A stretch of 64,000 nucleotides of DNA, taken from the NCBI GenBank assembly GCA_024704765.1, contig JAKMXF010000316.1:1-64000 (forward strand). The letters run 5' to 3'. Within the stretch, counting starts at the first letter, position 1, and each line of letters opens with the position of its first letter. A program made the translations under genes and the position numbers. Below are positions 1 through 10,892 of the stretch, piece by piece. This DNA comes from Oopsacas minuta (Eukaryota; Animalia; Porifera). The notes below the pieces were generated by a model. It was given only the letters and a program-made list of their open reading frames with translations. It did not search any database and was not told the origin of the DNA.

Positions 1-3000
1 AGTAGAAAACATAGCATTCATCAGTTTTAAATTAGTACAACACACAATGTAATTAGCTGAACTGGGTATGTAATTCACAATCCGTTTCATAATTTCGCAC
101 ATAGAATTTGGAAAGTATGCTGTACAATGTATTAGCAGTTGATTTCAAGTGTTACAATACATGGCATACAATATAGTAGAAAACAGAGCATTCATCAGTT
201 TTTAATTAGGACAACCCACAATGTAATTAGCTGAACTAGGTATGTAATTCACAATCCGTTTCATAATTCCACGCATAGAATTTGTACAGTATGCTGTACA
301 ATGTATTAGCAGTTAATTTCAAGTGTTACAATACATGGCATGGAATATAGTAGAAAAGATACCATTCATCTGTTTTAATTAGTACAACACACAATGTAAT
401 TAGCTGAACTAGGTATGTAATTCACAATCCGTTTCATAATTCCACACATAGAATTTTGAAAGTATGCTGTACAAAGTATTACCAAGTTGTTTCAAATATT
501 CAAACATCTTTTCAAATATAAAGTACAAAACATTGGCATTCATCTCTGTTTGATTAGTGCAACATATAATGTAATTAGCTGAACTAGGTATGTAATTCTC
601 AATCCGTTTCATAATTCCACGCATACAATTTGTACAGTATGCTGTACAATGTATTAGCAGTTAATTTCAAGTGTTACAATACATGGCATACAATATAGTA
701 GAAAACATAGCATTCATCTGTTTTAATTAGTACAACACACAATGTAATTAGCTGAACTAGGTATGTAATTCTCAATCCGTTTCATAATTCCACGCATAGA
801 ATTTGTACAGTATGCTGCACAAAGTATTAGCACGTTGTTTCAAATATTCAAACATCTTGTCAAATATAAAGTACAAAACATTGGCATTCATATCTGTTTG
901 ATTAGTGCAACATATAATGTAATTAGCTGAACCAGGTATGTAATTCTCAATCCGTTTCATAATTCCACGGATAGAATTTGTACAGTATGCAGTACAATGT
1001 ATTAGCAGTTAATTTCAAGTGTTACAATACATAGCATACAATATAGTAGAAAACATAGCATTCATCTGTTTTTAATTAGTACAACACATAATGTAATTAG
1101 CTGAACTAGGTATGTAATTCACAATCCGTTTCATAATTCCGCACATAGAATTTGGAAAGTATGCTGTACAAAGTATTACCACGTTGTTTCAAATATTCAA
1201 ACATCTTGTCAAATATAAAGTACAAAACATTGGCATTCATCTCTGTTTGATTAGTACAACACATAATGGAATTAGCTGAACTAGGTATGTAATTCTCAAT
1301 CCGTTTTATAATTCCACGCATAGAATTTGTACAGTATGCTGTACAATGAATTAGCAGTTAATTTCAAGTGTTACAATACATGGCATAGAATATAGTAGAA
1401 AACATACCATTCATCTGTTTTAATTAGTACAACACACAATGTAATTAGCTGAACTAGGTATGTAATTCTCAATCCGTTTCATAATTCCACGCATAAAATT
1501 TGTACAGTATGCAGTACAATGTATTAGCAGTTAATTTCAAGTGTTACAATACATGGCATAGATTATATTAGAAAACATACCATTCATCTGTTTTAATTAG
1601 TACAACACACAATGTAAAAAGCTGAACTAGGTATGTAATTCACAATCCGTTTCATAAGTCCACACATAGAATTTGGAAAGTATGCTGTACAAAGTATTAC
1701 CACGTTGTTTCAAATATTCAAACATCTTGTCAAATATACAGTACAAAACATTGGCATTCATCTCTGTTTGATTAGTGCAACATATAATGTAATTAGCTGA
1801 ACTAGGTATGTAATTCTCAATCCGTTTCATAATTCCACACATAGAATTTGTACAGTATACTGTACAAAGTATTAGCAGTTGATTTCAAGTGTTACAATAC
1901 ATGGCATACAATATAGTAGAAAACATAGCATTCATCTGTTTTTAATTAGTACAACACATAATGTAATTAGCTGAACTAGGTATGTAATTCTCAATCCGTT
2001 TCATAATTCCACACATAGAATTTGGAAAGTATGCTGTAGAGAGTATTAGCAGTTCATTTCAAGTGTTACAATACATAGCATACAATATAGTAGAAAACAT
2101 AGCATTCATTTCTGTTGCATTAGTGTAACCTACATTGTTTTTTAGCTGAACTAGTTATGTAATTCTCAATCCGTTTCATAATTCCACAAATAGAATTTGG
2201 AAAGTATGCTGTACAAAGTGTTAGCCGTTAACTCCAAGTGTTACAATATAGCATACGTTATAGTAGAAAACATAGCATTCATGTCTGTTTGATTAGTACA
2301 AGATACTACGTAATTAGGTGATCTATGTGTATAATTTTCAATCCGTTTCATAATTCCATTCATGGAATTTGGAAAGTATGCTGTACAAAGTATCACCCGT
2401 CAATTTCAAGTGCTAAAATTTCAAGTAAACAGTCTAGTAGAAACATAACATTCATCTCTGTTTTATTACTACAACATATTATGTAACTCAATGAACTATG
2501 TATGTATTTCTCAATCCGTTTCATAATTCCACACATAGAATTTGGAAAGTATGCTGTACAAAGTATTACCAGTTAATTTCAAGTGTTCCAATACATAGCA
2601 TACAATATAGTAGAAAACATAGCATTCATCTCTGATTAATTAGTACAACATACAATGTAACTAGCTGAACTAGGTAGGTAATTCTCATCAGTTTCATAAT
2701 TCCACACATAGAATATGTAAATTATGCTGTACAGAGTATGTCCACGTTAGTTCAAATATCGAAACATGTTCTCTAATACCAAGTACAAAACATGGGATTC
2801 CTCTCAGTTTGATTAGTGTAACATACATTGTTTTTTAGCTGAACTAGGTATGTAATTCTCAATCCGTTTCATATTTCCACACATAGAATTTGGAAAGTAT
2901 GCTGTACAAAGTATTAGCCGTTAACTCCAAGTGTTACAATGTAGCATACGTTATAGTAGAAAACATAGCATTCATGTCTGTTTGATTAGTACAAGATACT

Positions 3001-4032
3001 ATGTAATTAGGTGATCTATGTGTATAATTTTCAATCCGTTTCATAATTCCATGCATGGAATTTGGAAAGTATACTGTACAAAGTATCACCCGTCAATTTC
3101 AAGTGCTAAAATTTCATGTAAACAGTATAGTAGAAACATAACATTCATCTCTGTTTTATTACTACAACATATTTTGTAACTCGATGAACTATGTATGTAT
3201 TTCTCAATCCGTTTCATAATTCCACACATAGAATTTCGAAGGTATACTGCACAAAGTATTACCCGTCAATTTTACGTGTTACAATTTATAGCATGTAATA
3301 TAGTAGATAACGTAACATTCATCTCTGTTTGATTAGTCCTACATACTACATAATTAGCTGAGCTATTTATGTAATTCTCAATCCGTTTCATAATTTTACA
3401 CATAGAATTTAGAAATTATACTATACAAAGTAGTAGCCGTTAATTCCAAGTGTTACAATATATAGCATACAATATTCTAGAATACATAGCATTCATGTCT
3501 GTTTGATTTGTACCAGATACTATGTAATTATCTGAACTACCCATGTATTTTTCAATCAGTTTCACACTTCTACTCATTGTATTGGGGAAGCACACTGAAC
3601 TATGTATTATCATTTACTTTCAAATGTCCCAACATATTCTCCAATACATAGTACAAAACATAGTATTCATCTCATTTTGACTAGTACAAGATACTAAGTA
3701 ATTCGCTGAACTATGTATCTCATTGTCTATCAGTTTCATCATTCCACACATAGACTTAGGAAATTCCACTGTACAAAGTTTGGCACTTAAATTCAAATGT
3801 CCCAATATATTCTCTAATACATTGTACATAACATAGCATTCATCTCAGTTTGGCTTGTACAAGATACTAACTAGTTTGCTGAAATATGTATATAGTTCTC
3901 AATCAGTTCCATTATTCCACACCTAGATTTGGAAATTCCACTGTACAAAGTATTAGCCTTAATTCCAAATGGTCCAACATCTCCCCTATAATTTAGTACA
4001 AAACATAGCATTCATCTTAATTTGATTTGTAC
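1..4032. repeat. Tandem satellite array, ~173-175 bp monomer, two main monomer variants, increasingly diverged toward the right
   Basis: Anchor TATGTAATTC recurs at 67, 241, 414, 589, 762, 937, 1111, 1286, 1459, 1632, 1807, 1981 and 2156. Variant B (GTTGTTTCAAATATTCAAACATCTT) is in the monomers starting at 414, 762, 1111 and 1632. A block at ~2120-2550 repeats at a 693-bp offset. The array runs off the left edge. Confidence 0.97.
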
Positions 4033-4777
4033 CCTGTTGATAATCTAGAAAAAATATTATTTTCAGATGAGAGAATATTTTCTATCCAGGAGGCAACCAA
4101 CGTACAAAATTATCGTATCCTTGCATAATCTCCTTCCAAAGTCGACAAGAAGTACAGATATGTTAGCCGAATACAGAACCCTAAGTCGGTGATGGTTTGG
4201 GCAGGGGTGTCAAAAATGGGCCGGACACCCTTGGTCTTTCTCCACAAGGGGTAAATATCAATTCAATTAATTATCGAGAAATGCTTTTGGAGCCAGTATT
4301 GAAGAATATAGGCCGAGACATGTTCAAGGTACTTCATTTGTTTCCGAGCAAGACGGGACGCCAGCACACACTTCTAATGTTACCCAGTCAAGGTTGCATG
4401 ACAATTTTTCCTGGTTTTATAACCAAGGAAGAATGGCCTCCTTACAGTCCTGACCTAAACCCCATGGATTATTCTGTGTGGTCAATTCTCGAGACGAAAG
4501 CTTGTGTTAACTCTCACACAAGTATCAAGTCTTTGAAGAGGAAACTTTGCCAAGAGTGGACTAAAATTCCTCAAAAAACCCTCCATGCTGCTATTGAGGC
4601 GTTGCCAGATAGAATTACACATGTAATACAAAATGAGGGAGGCTATATTGAATAAACTTCGCGAATTATGTTTTGTCTCTGAATCATAAATTAGAACAAT
4701 AAATATCACTACCAAGCTAAATATATATATTGATAAGTACTAGTTTTTGCATGGGACAGAACTTAAAAACAACTCTG
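4033..4777 (+). mobile_element. Tc1/mariner DD37D (maT-type) element, C-terminal half with right TIR, frameshifted
   Basis: Translates as VDNLEKILFSDERIFSIQEATN..., QDGTPAHT...WPPYSPDLNPMDYSVWSIL, with 37 residues between the 2nd and 3rd Asp after frameshift correction. TIR ATGGGACAGAACTTAAAAACAACTCTG is followed by TA at 4778-4779. Confidence 0.9.
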
Positions 4778-4779
4778 TA

Positions 4780-6040
4780 AATACTTTGTATAGAACAATT
4801 TTCAATTCCCGTGTGTCGCTATTGTAAATTGAGTGGAAAAGTTATGTAAAGTAAGCTATTGTAGTGAAATGTTTGGAAATTTGAAACTAAGTATATACTC
4901 TTTGTATAGACCAGTATTTCAAACCACATCTGTCGCTTTGTAAATTGAGTGATAAAGCTTTGGATATTTATGTAATTCAGTGAATATGTTTTGACAATTG
5001 AAATTGACTGGAATCAATTTATATTCCTTAGTTTCGCCATTATCATGTGGCGAAATGTGATACTAACTGTATATAATCTGCATAGAATAGTATTACACTT
5101 AACACCTGTCACACTTGTAAATTGAGTGATATAGCTTTGTATATTCAAGTAATGCAGTGAATATGTTTTGACAACTGAAATTGAAGAACTCAATTTGTGT
5201 TGTTTTGTTTTACAATTAACATGTGGCGAAATGTGGTATTGACCATATATAATCTACATAGAACAGTATTTCACTTCACATCTGTCGCTCTTGATAATTG
5301 TGTGATATTGTTTTGTATATTCAAGTAATTCAGTGAATAAGTTTTGACAAATTGAAATTGACTGATATCAATTTGCGTTGTTTAGTTTCCCAATCATCAT
5401 GTAGCGAAAGTTTAATTCACTACATACTCTCTGTACAAACAATTTTAGCTTCAGATCTGTCGCTCTTGTAAATTGAGTGGGATAGCTTTGAATATTCAGG
5501 TGATGCAGTAAATATGTTTTGACAATTGAATTTGAAGAACTCACTTTATGTTGTATTGTTCTACAATTATCTTGTGGGCAAATTGATTTCAATATATACA
5601 CTTTGTGTGAAGAATTTGACTTCACATCTTTCGCTCTTGTAGACTGAGTGATATAACTTTGGATATTTAAGTAATTCAGTGACTACGTTTTGAGAATTGA
5701 AATTGACTGATATCAATTTGAGTTGTTAAGTTTCCCAATTTTCAAGGGGCGAAACTTGAAATCTCTACTTACTCTTTTTATTGATCAATTGTCAACTCAC
5801 GTGCGTTGCTCTTGAAAATTGAGTAGGAAAGCTTTGTGTAATTAAGTTATTTAGTCAATATGTTCTGACATATGAAAATGACTGAAATCAATTTGTGTTG
5901 TTTAGTTTCACAGTTATCATGCGGCGAAATGTGAAACTGACTATATATAATCTGCATAGCACAATATTTCACTTCACATCTGTCGGTCTTGTTAATTGTG
6001 AGATATGGCTTTGTATGCTTTAATATATACTTCAGAACAT
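4780..6040 (-). repeat. Diverged ~175-180 bp tandem repeat family (B), antisense to the copies at 6804-7080
   Basis: Recurring TGTCGCTCTTGTAAATTGAGTG...TTTTGACAATTGAAATTGA units. Minus ORF 5847..6050 and plus ORF 6775..6993 share HxNCETKQHKLISV, showing opposite orientations. Confidence 0.85.
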
Positions 6041-6413
6041 GACATTTCACTCAATCCGATTATTAACAGATAAGAAGTGATTAGCTGAACTATTTAGATA
6101 ATTCTCAATCAGTTTCATAATTCCACACATAGAATTTTGAAACTACACTATACAAATTACTAGGAGTCAATTTCAAATGCCACAACATATTCCCTAATAT
6201 ATAGTTCAAAACATAGCATTCATCTCAATTTGATTAGTACAAGATACTAAGTGATTAGCTGAACTAGGTATATAATTCTCAATCAGTTTCCTAATTCCAC
6301 ACATAGAATTTTGAAAGTCCACTATGTAAAGTACAAGCACTTAATTTCAAATGTCCCAACATATTCCCTATAATATAGTACAAACATAACATTCATCTCA
6401 ATTTGATTAGTAC
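6041..6413. repeat. Two further monomers of the 174-bp satellite, same orientation as 1-4032
   Basis: GTGATTAGCTGAACTAGGTATATAATTCTCAATCAGTTTC...CCACACATAGAATTTTGAAA. Same subtype as the monomers at 3540-4030. Confidence 0.9.
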
Positions 6414-6801
6414 CGGCCCAACTCACCTTTCCATCTTGCCACCCTTTTTTCTTTACCAATTGAGAAAGGAAGTGTACCCTCTTACGCTTGAATGAACTCA
6501 TCCCTAAATCCCTTTTCACAATTTTATTCATAGCCCATCTTGATACTTTCAGATCTAGAGCCATTTTCCTCATGGAACATCTAGGATTTCGGCGAATTCT
6601 TTCGTAAATAATTCTTCAACTGCCGACCTCTCACGTTCCATCACTGATAAAATTGAAATTTCTCTACAATTGTACTCTGAAGCTGTATATTTATGTTAAA
6701 TACGGTATAATAAGGTAAACTAATAAGATATATCTAATGCAGAGACTCAGCATGGAAAATGGTTCTTAAGAATCATGGGACAGAACTTAAAAGCCACCCT
6801 G
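6414..6801 (-). mobile_element. DD37D (maT-type) element, N-terminal half with left TIR
   Basis: ORF 6322..6573 reads MRKMALDLKVSRWAMNKIVKRDLGMSSFKRKRVHFLS (Tc1/maT HTH-to-linker region). The minus strand begins TA|CAGGGTGGCTTTTAAGTTCTGTCCCATG, matching the TIR ending at 4777. Confidence 0.88.
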
Positions 6802-6803
6802 TA

Positions 6804-7080
6804 TACTGAGTTTCAACTTTCGCCACATGAGAACTGTGAAACAAAGCAACACAAATTGATTTCAGTCAATTTCATAGATCAAAACATATTCACTGCAATA
6901 CCTTATTATACAAAACTTTCCCCTCAATTTACAAGAGCGACACACGTGAAGTGTAATACTGTTCTATACAATGTAGATACAATTAGTTTCTGAATACCCA
7001 AGACAGATATTGTCAAATTGCATATTCTAAATTGATTTCAGTTAATGTCATAGTTCAAAACATATTCATTACAATTTGAA
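6804..7080 (+). repeat. Repeat family B continued, opposite orientation to 4780-6040
   Basis: TTTCGCCACATGAGAACTGTGAAAC...CTCAATTTACAAGAGCGACAC is the reverse complement of the family B units. Confidence 0.8.
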
Positions 7081-7101
7081 CGGAAGATTACAGTTCAATA
7101 C

Positions 7102-8513
7102 TTGGCCCTCAATCAGAGTGTTTCTTTTTCAATCAGCTTTCAATCAATAATATCGGATATCCTCGAGAATTTAGTTGATTCAAAGTTAGCTGTACCTACT
7201 AAAATTGTGAATCAAATACACTTACTCTCAAACTATCCAAGATTGAACATTCGACCAGATCTTTTCGACATCGCCAAAGAAATGCGCTCAAATTTCAGAT
7301 ATCCTATCTTACAACATTCACCAGATAATGAAGCTGTGTATTTGCTTATATTCAACAATCACCTCAATGCCCTAATGTTTCAAAGGGTATTACCCAATTT
7401 AGTAAATGTTATCCATCAGTTGGCAGATGCAAAGTCAGACCTAGCATCTTAAGTATTATTATTTTCATGTTAAAAAATATCGCTGAAGACCCATCAAGTG
7501 CCAAGAAAAAAATTGATAACCTAAATATAGGTAGTTGTGATCTAGCTCCAGATTGTCCAGAATTTGACAGTATTTCTTTAGCAACGCAAGCATATTTCAG
7601 TAATACATATAACATCCAATATTGAGCCTCATATTTTGGCAGAATCTAATCATCAAGATATGGTATTATATATCTTGTGTGATGAAATTTTTCTTTCACT
7701 TCCGATTGAAACAATTACCCATATGCACCTTTGAATTTATTTGGCATGATTATGAGAGATTTTTCACTTCAAATGCTGTTTAATCGCTATATTAGTTCTC
7801 AATGTTTTCAAAATCCTGACACCTTTAAAGAAAAATCTAAGGTACTCGCTCCCCCATTCCATAATGATGATAATCATGATATTCTAGATTTAGCATATAC
7901 TCGTTATCTAATTGACCCTTTTGATTGCCTGCTCGATACATCTTCCATGGAATCCAACAGCTTTCATAAATTGTTACGTAATTCATTCACATCTCATCAA
8001 AAGTTCACTTCTAAATGGACGGGTGGTTTGGGACCAAAGGTTATCATGGTCTATCTGGCACAAGATATGTATTCAAAGCAGATAATATGTTAGTCCTTTT
8101 ATCTGATTTTTTCACATCTAGCTTTCCTATCCATAGACTAATTTCTCCATCTAATTGTAAAGGCTATAATCTTATGATAATCTTTGATCAAATACATCAT
8201 GACGGTATGAAATCTGGAACTGTTATAGGTACACATTCATCGTCGGTTATTGTAGGTTTACTGAGCATTCTAGATGATGATATTATAGTTACTAATACCG
8301 TTTCCAGTAAATAAAGGTAAAATAGTACAAGGCTTGACCTCCATACTTGAGTGCTTGCTCAAAGAGGGATATTCGGTATATAAGTCTATTGAAACTCTGA
8401 ATGCTAACTATTTTATATCAAATCAAAGAAGTTTATCCTGTGATAAAGGAATGCCAACTCAATTACAAAGTACTTCTCTATCTTATGGCTTAGGTTATCT
8501 ACAATTAATATAA
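7102..8513 (+). pseudogene. Unidentified decayed coding region, ~450 codons across several frames
   Basis: Colinear plus-strand ORFs 7102..7452, 7731..8093 and 8015..8314, plus open stretches between and after them, read as protein-like sequence joined by frameshifts. No family recognised. Confidence 0.4.
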
Positions 8514-9150
8514 ATTGATACCCGATCGTTCTACAGTAATCCATTTTAGGATATATTGATGCATATCTACATTGTGGATTTATTCATATTTTCCGTATTT
8601 CAGACTTTTGTTGTATGTTTCAACTATAATAAAATGTATTGTCTAACTCAAATGCATCATTCTACATGAAAAGCTCTTCTACACAAGACACTAAGATGTT
8701 AGATTGTAAATTGAACGTAGGTTCGTGATTTTGATTGATTAACATTGGAAACATTTGACAACATGAGGTTGTCAAATGTTTTGCTTACTGCTTCGGCCAG
8801 CCCACAATCAGCCTATTCGTTGTGAGAATGCAATATACACTGGCAAGCCATTTTATAATTTTTACCATAGTCACATCTTTCTCTTATACAAGTAGTACAA
8901 GAATTGATCATACCTTTTGGGGAAAAAGACTAAACGAGTATTACTGGGTATAAACATTTGACAATAATATATTCTATAGTACAGTACACTCCCGCTGACC
9001 GGGACACCGTCGTAGTGGACATCTTCCCGGAAATGTGGTTCCATCCCACACAAATGCTTCCCTCATACCGAAACGAATCTCGCTTACCGGGACACCAAAT
9101 TCCCCTAGATCTTTGGTATGTACTGATCTCTGTTTTAGTGTTTCACTTTC

Positions 9151-9933
9151 ATGGCCCATAAGTCGCAACCCAAGTACGCTCTACTGACGTATGAGCAGCA
9201 CAAGGCAGTTCTAGACATGCTGGAGCAGCCTGGTAGTAGTCATCGCAAGGTGGCTGAGCACTTCGAAGTGGGTAAGAGCTCTATTGAGAGGATAAAAAAG
9301 AACAAGAATGAAGTGCGGCAGGCTGCATTAAAGCTTGGCTCCAAACGCAAGCGCATGAAAGTGGAAGCTAAGTACAAAGAAATCGAGGAGGTGGTATTGG
9401 AATTTCTAAGACTGGCGCGTGAACAAGGTGAGGCGCTCACCGGTCCTATGCTAGACCAATTGGCTGAGGAGAAGGCTCGCGAGCTCGGACTGGAGGATTT
9501 CAAAGCCTCTGAAGGATGGCTATCTCGCCTGAAAGACAGGCACAGGATCTCGGCTAAGGTTGTTTCTGGAGAAGCCAAGGGTGTCAATCTCCTCACTGTG
9601 GAGAACTGGAAGGATGAGTTTAGGGAGATCATCATGGGTTACAAGGAGGAGGACATTTATAACACTGATGAGACTGGACTATTTTTCAAGACGTGCTCGA
9701 AGAAATCTTTGACGTTCCAGGGTGACACTGCCCATGGCAAAAAGAAGTTCAAAGACAGAGTTACCCTCCTCCTCACCTGCTCATGGTCCGGCGAAAAGAT
9801 GAAACCTACCCTGATAGGGAAGAGCGAGAAGCCGAGGGCTCTGAAGGATGCGGATATGAAGAGGATTCCGGTCCACTATCGAGCACAGAAATCTTCATGG
9901 AAGACTGGCCAACTATTCACTGACTTCCTGTAG
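9151..9933 (+). CDS. Truncated Tigger transposase (260 aa): HTH_psq-like and CENP-B-type HTH plus the start of the DDE domain; premature TAG
   Basis: FKASEGWLSRLKDRHRI and IYNTDETGLFFK...KDRVTLLLTC motifs. Downstream MDNASVH...QPLD (DD33D) is separated by a stop. Confidence 0.85.
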   Translation: MAHKSQPKYALLTYEQHKAVLDMLEQPGSSHRKVAEHFEVGKSSIERIKKNKNEVRQAALKLGSKRKRMKVEAKYKEIEEVVLEFLRLAREQGEALTGPMLDQLAEEKARELGLEDFKASEGWLSRLKDRHRISAKVVSGEAKGVNLLTVENWKDEFREIIMGYKEEDIYNTDETGLFFKTCSKKSLTFQGDTAHGKKKFKDRVTLLLTCSWSGEKMKPTLIGKSEKPRALKDADMKRIPVHYRAQKSSWKTGQLFTDFL

Positions 9934-10892
9934 TGGTTTGACACAGAAGTGGGGAAGAAGGAGCAAAACAGGGAAGTTCTGCTGTTTATGGATAATGCCA
10001 GTGTGCATAATTCTGCTGCCGATAACGTCCCGTTGAAGCATACCAAGGTTGTGTTGCCCCCAAAAACATAACGAGCTGTACTCAACCGCTCGATGCTCGG
10101 GCAATTCAGATTTTCAAGCTGTTGTACAGAAAAAGCCTCTACCATCACGTGCTTTACTAACTCAAGCAGAAGTTCCAGAACGAGAACTCTGAAGATCCCT
10201 ACAAGATCATCAGTATTGTACTCGTGATATGCTGGGCCACGAGGGCTTGGAAACAAGTACAGTTGAGGACTATTTCTAGGTGCTTCTCTAAATGTGGGTT
10301 CATGCGGAACGAGGGTCCAGTAGCCAATTGGCATGCCAGAGGTTACATTGGAGGAGCTTGAGCTACAGGGCATGGAGGTTGCTGATGCCGGGATTGTCTT
10401 TGCACCTACGAAGACAATCATGCAGGTGGTGGAGGAGGCTATGACGACTGTTGGCAAGGTGAGGGAGGAGGATCCGCAAGAAACCGACTGTGAGGATGAG
10501 TGGCCACACCTGTTCCGTCCTATGCCTCGGCCGCGCAAGCCATCAAAACTCTCCTGCTGTACGCTACGGGTCGAGGTGGTGTGGGAATCCTGAACGGATC
10601 GATGGACCTCGATGCCTATGAAGAGCTCGTGCGTGGTCGCAGGGTATCCAAGTTTGTGCGGACCAAGATATCTGCCTTCGCTCCCAAATCCCCGACGCCT
10701 CAGATTATCTTGGATATGATGGATTAGGATTCATTTTCGATGATATATAGTTGAGCAGACATATTACGCAGCTCAGACTTGTTAACTACTATGTTTGCTG
10801 GTTTGATCTTGCAATAGTGATGTGTTATTCGCTGTGGCGGACACTCCCTCTTACTAAGACACTTCCACTTACTGGGACATCTTGGCCAAATC

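Noticed and set aside
409-1842. Four similar 62-71 aa minus-strand ORFs suggesting a tandem gene family
   Set aside because: They are open frames of satellite variant B monomers; the same phase is closed by stops in the A monomers.
8015-8060. WFGTKGYHGL resembling the ABCA transporter WFNNKGWH motif
   Set aside because: The flanking sequence lacks the ABCA context and transmembrane helices; too short to support.
8760-8980. DCGL motif suggesting a transposon-associated Ulp1-type protease on the minus strand
   Set aside because: Only four residues, in a stop-ridden frame.
9931-10160. In-frame TAG/TAA at plausible Gln positions suggesting a ciliate-type genetic code
   Set aside because: METTL5 ends with TAA exactly at the family C-terminus, and the same Tigger copies also share frameshifts, so ordinary mutation explains it.
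9240-10538. Long antisense ORFs (131 and 220 aa), repeated at 54846-56145
   Set aside because: Shadow frames of GC-rich transposase sequence with no recognisable domains.
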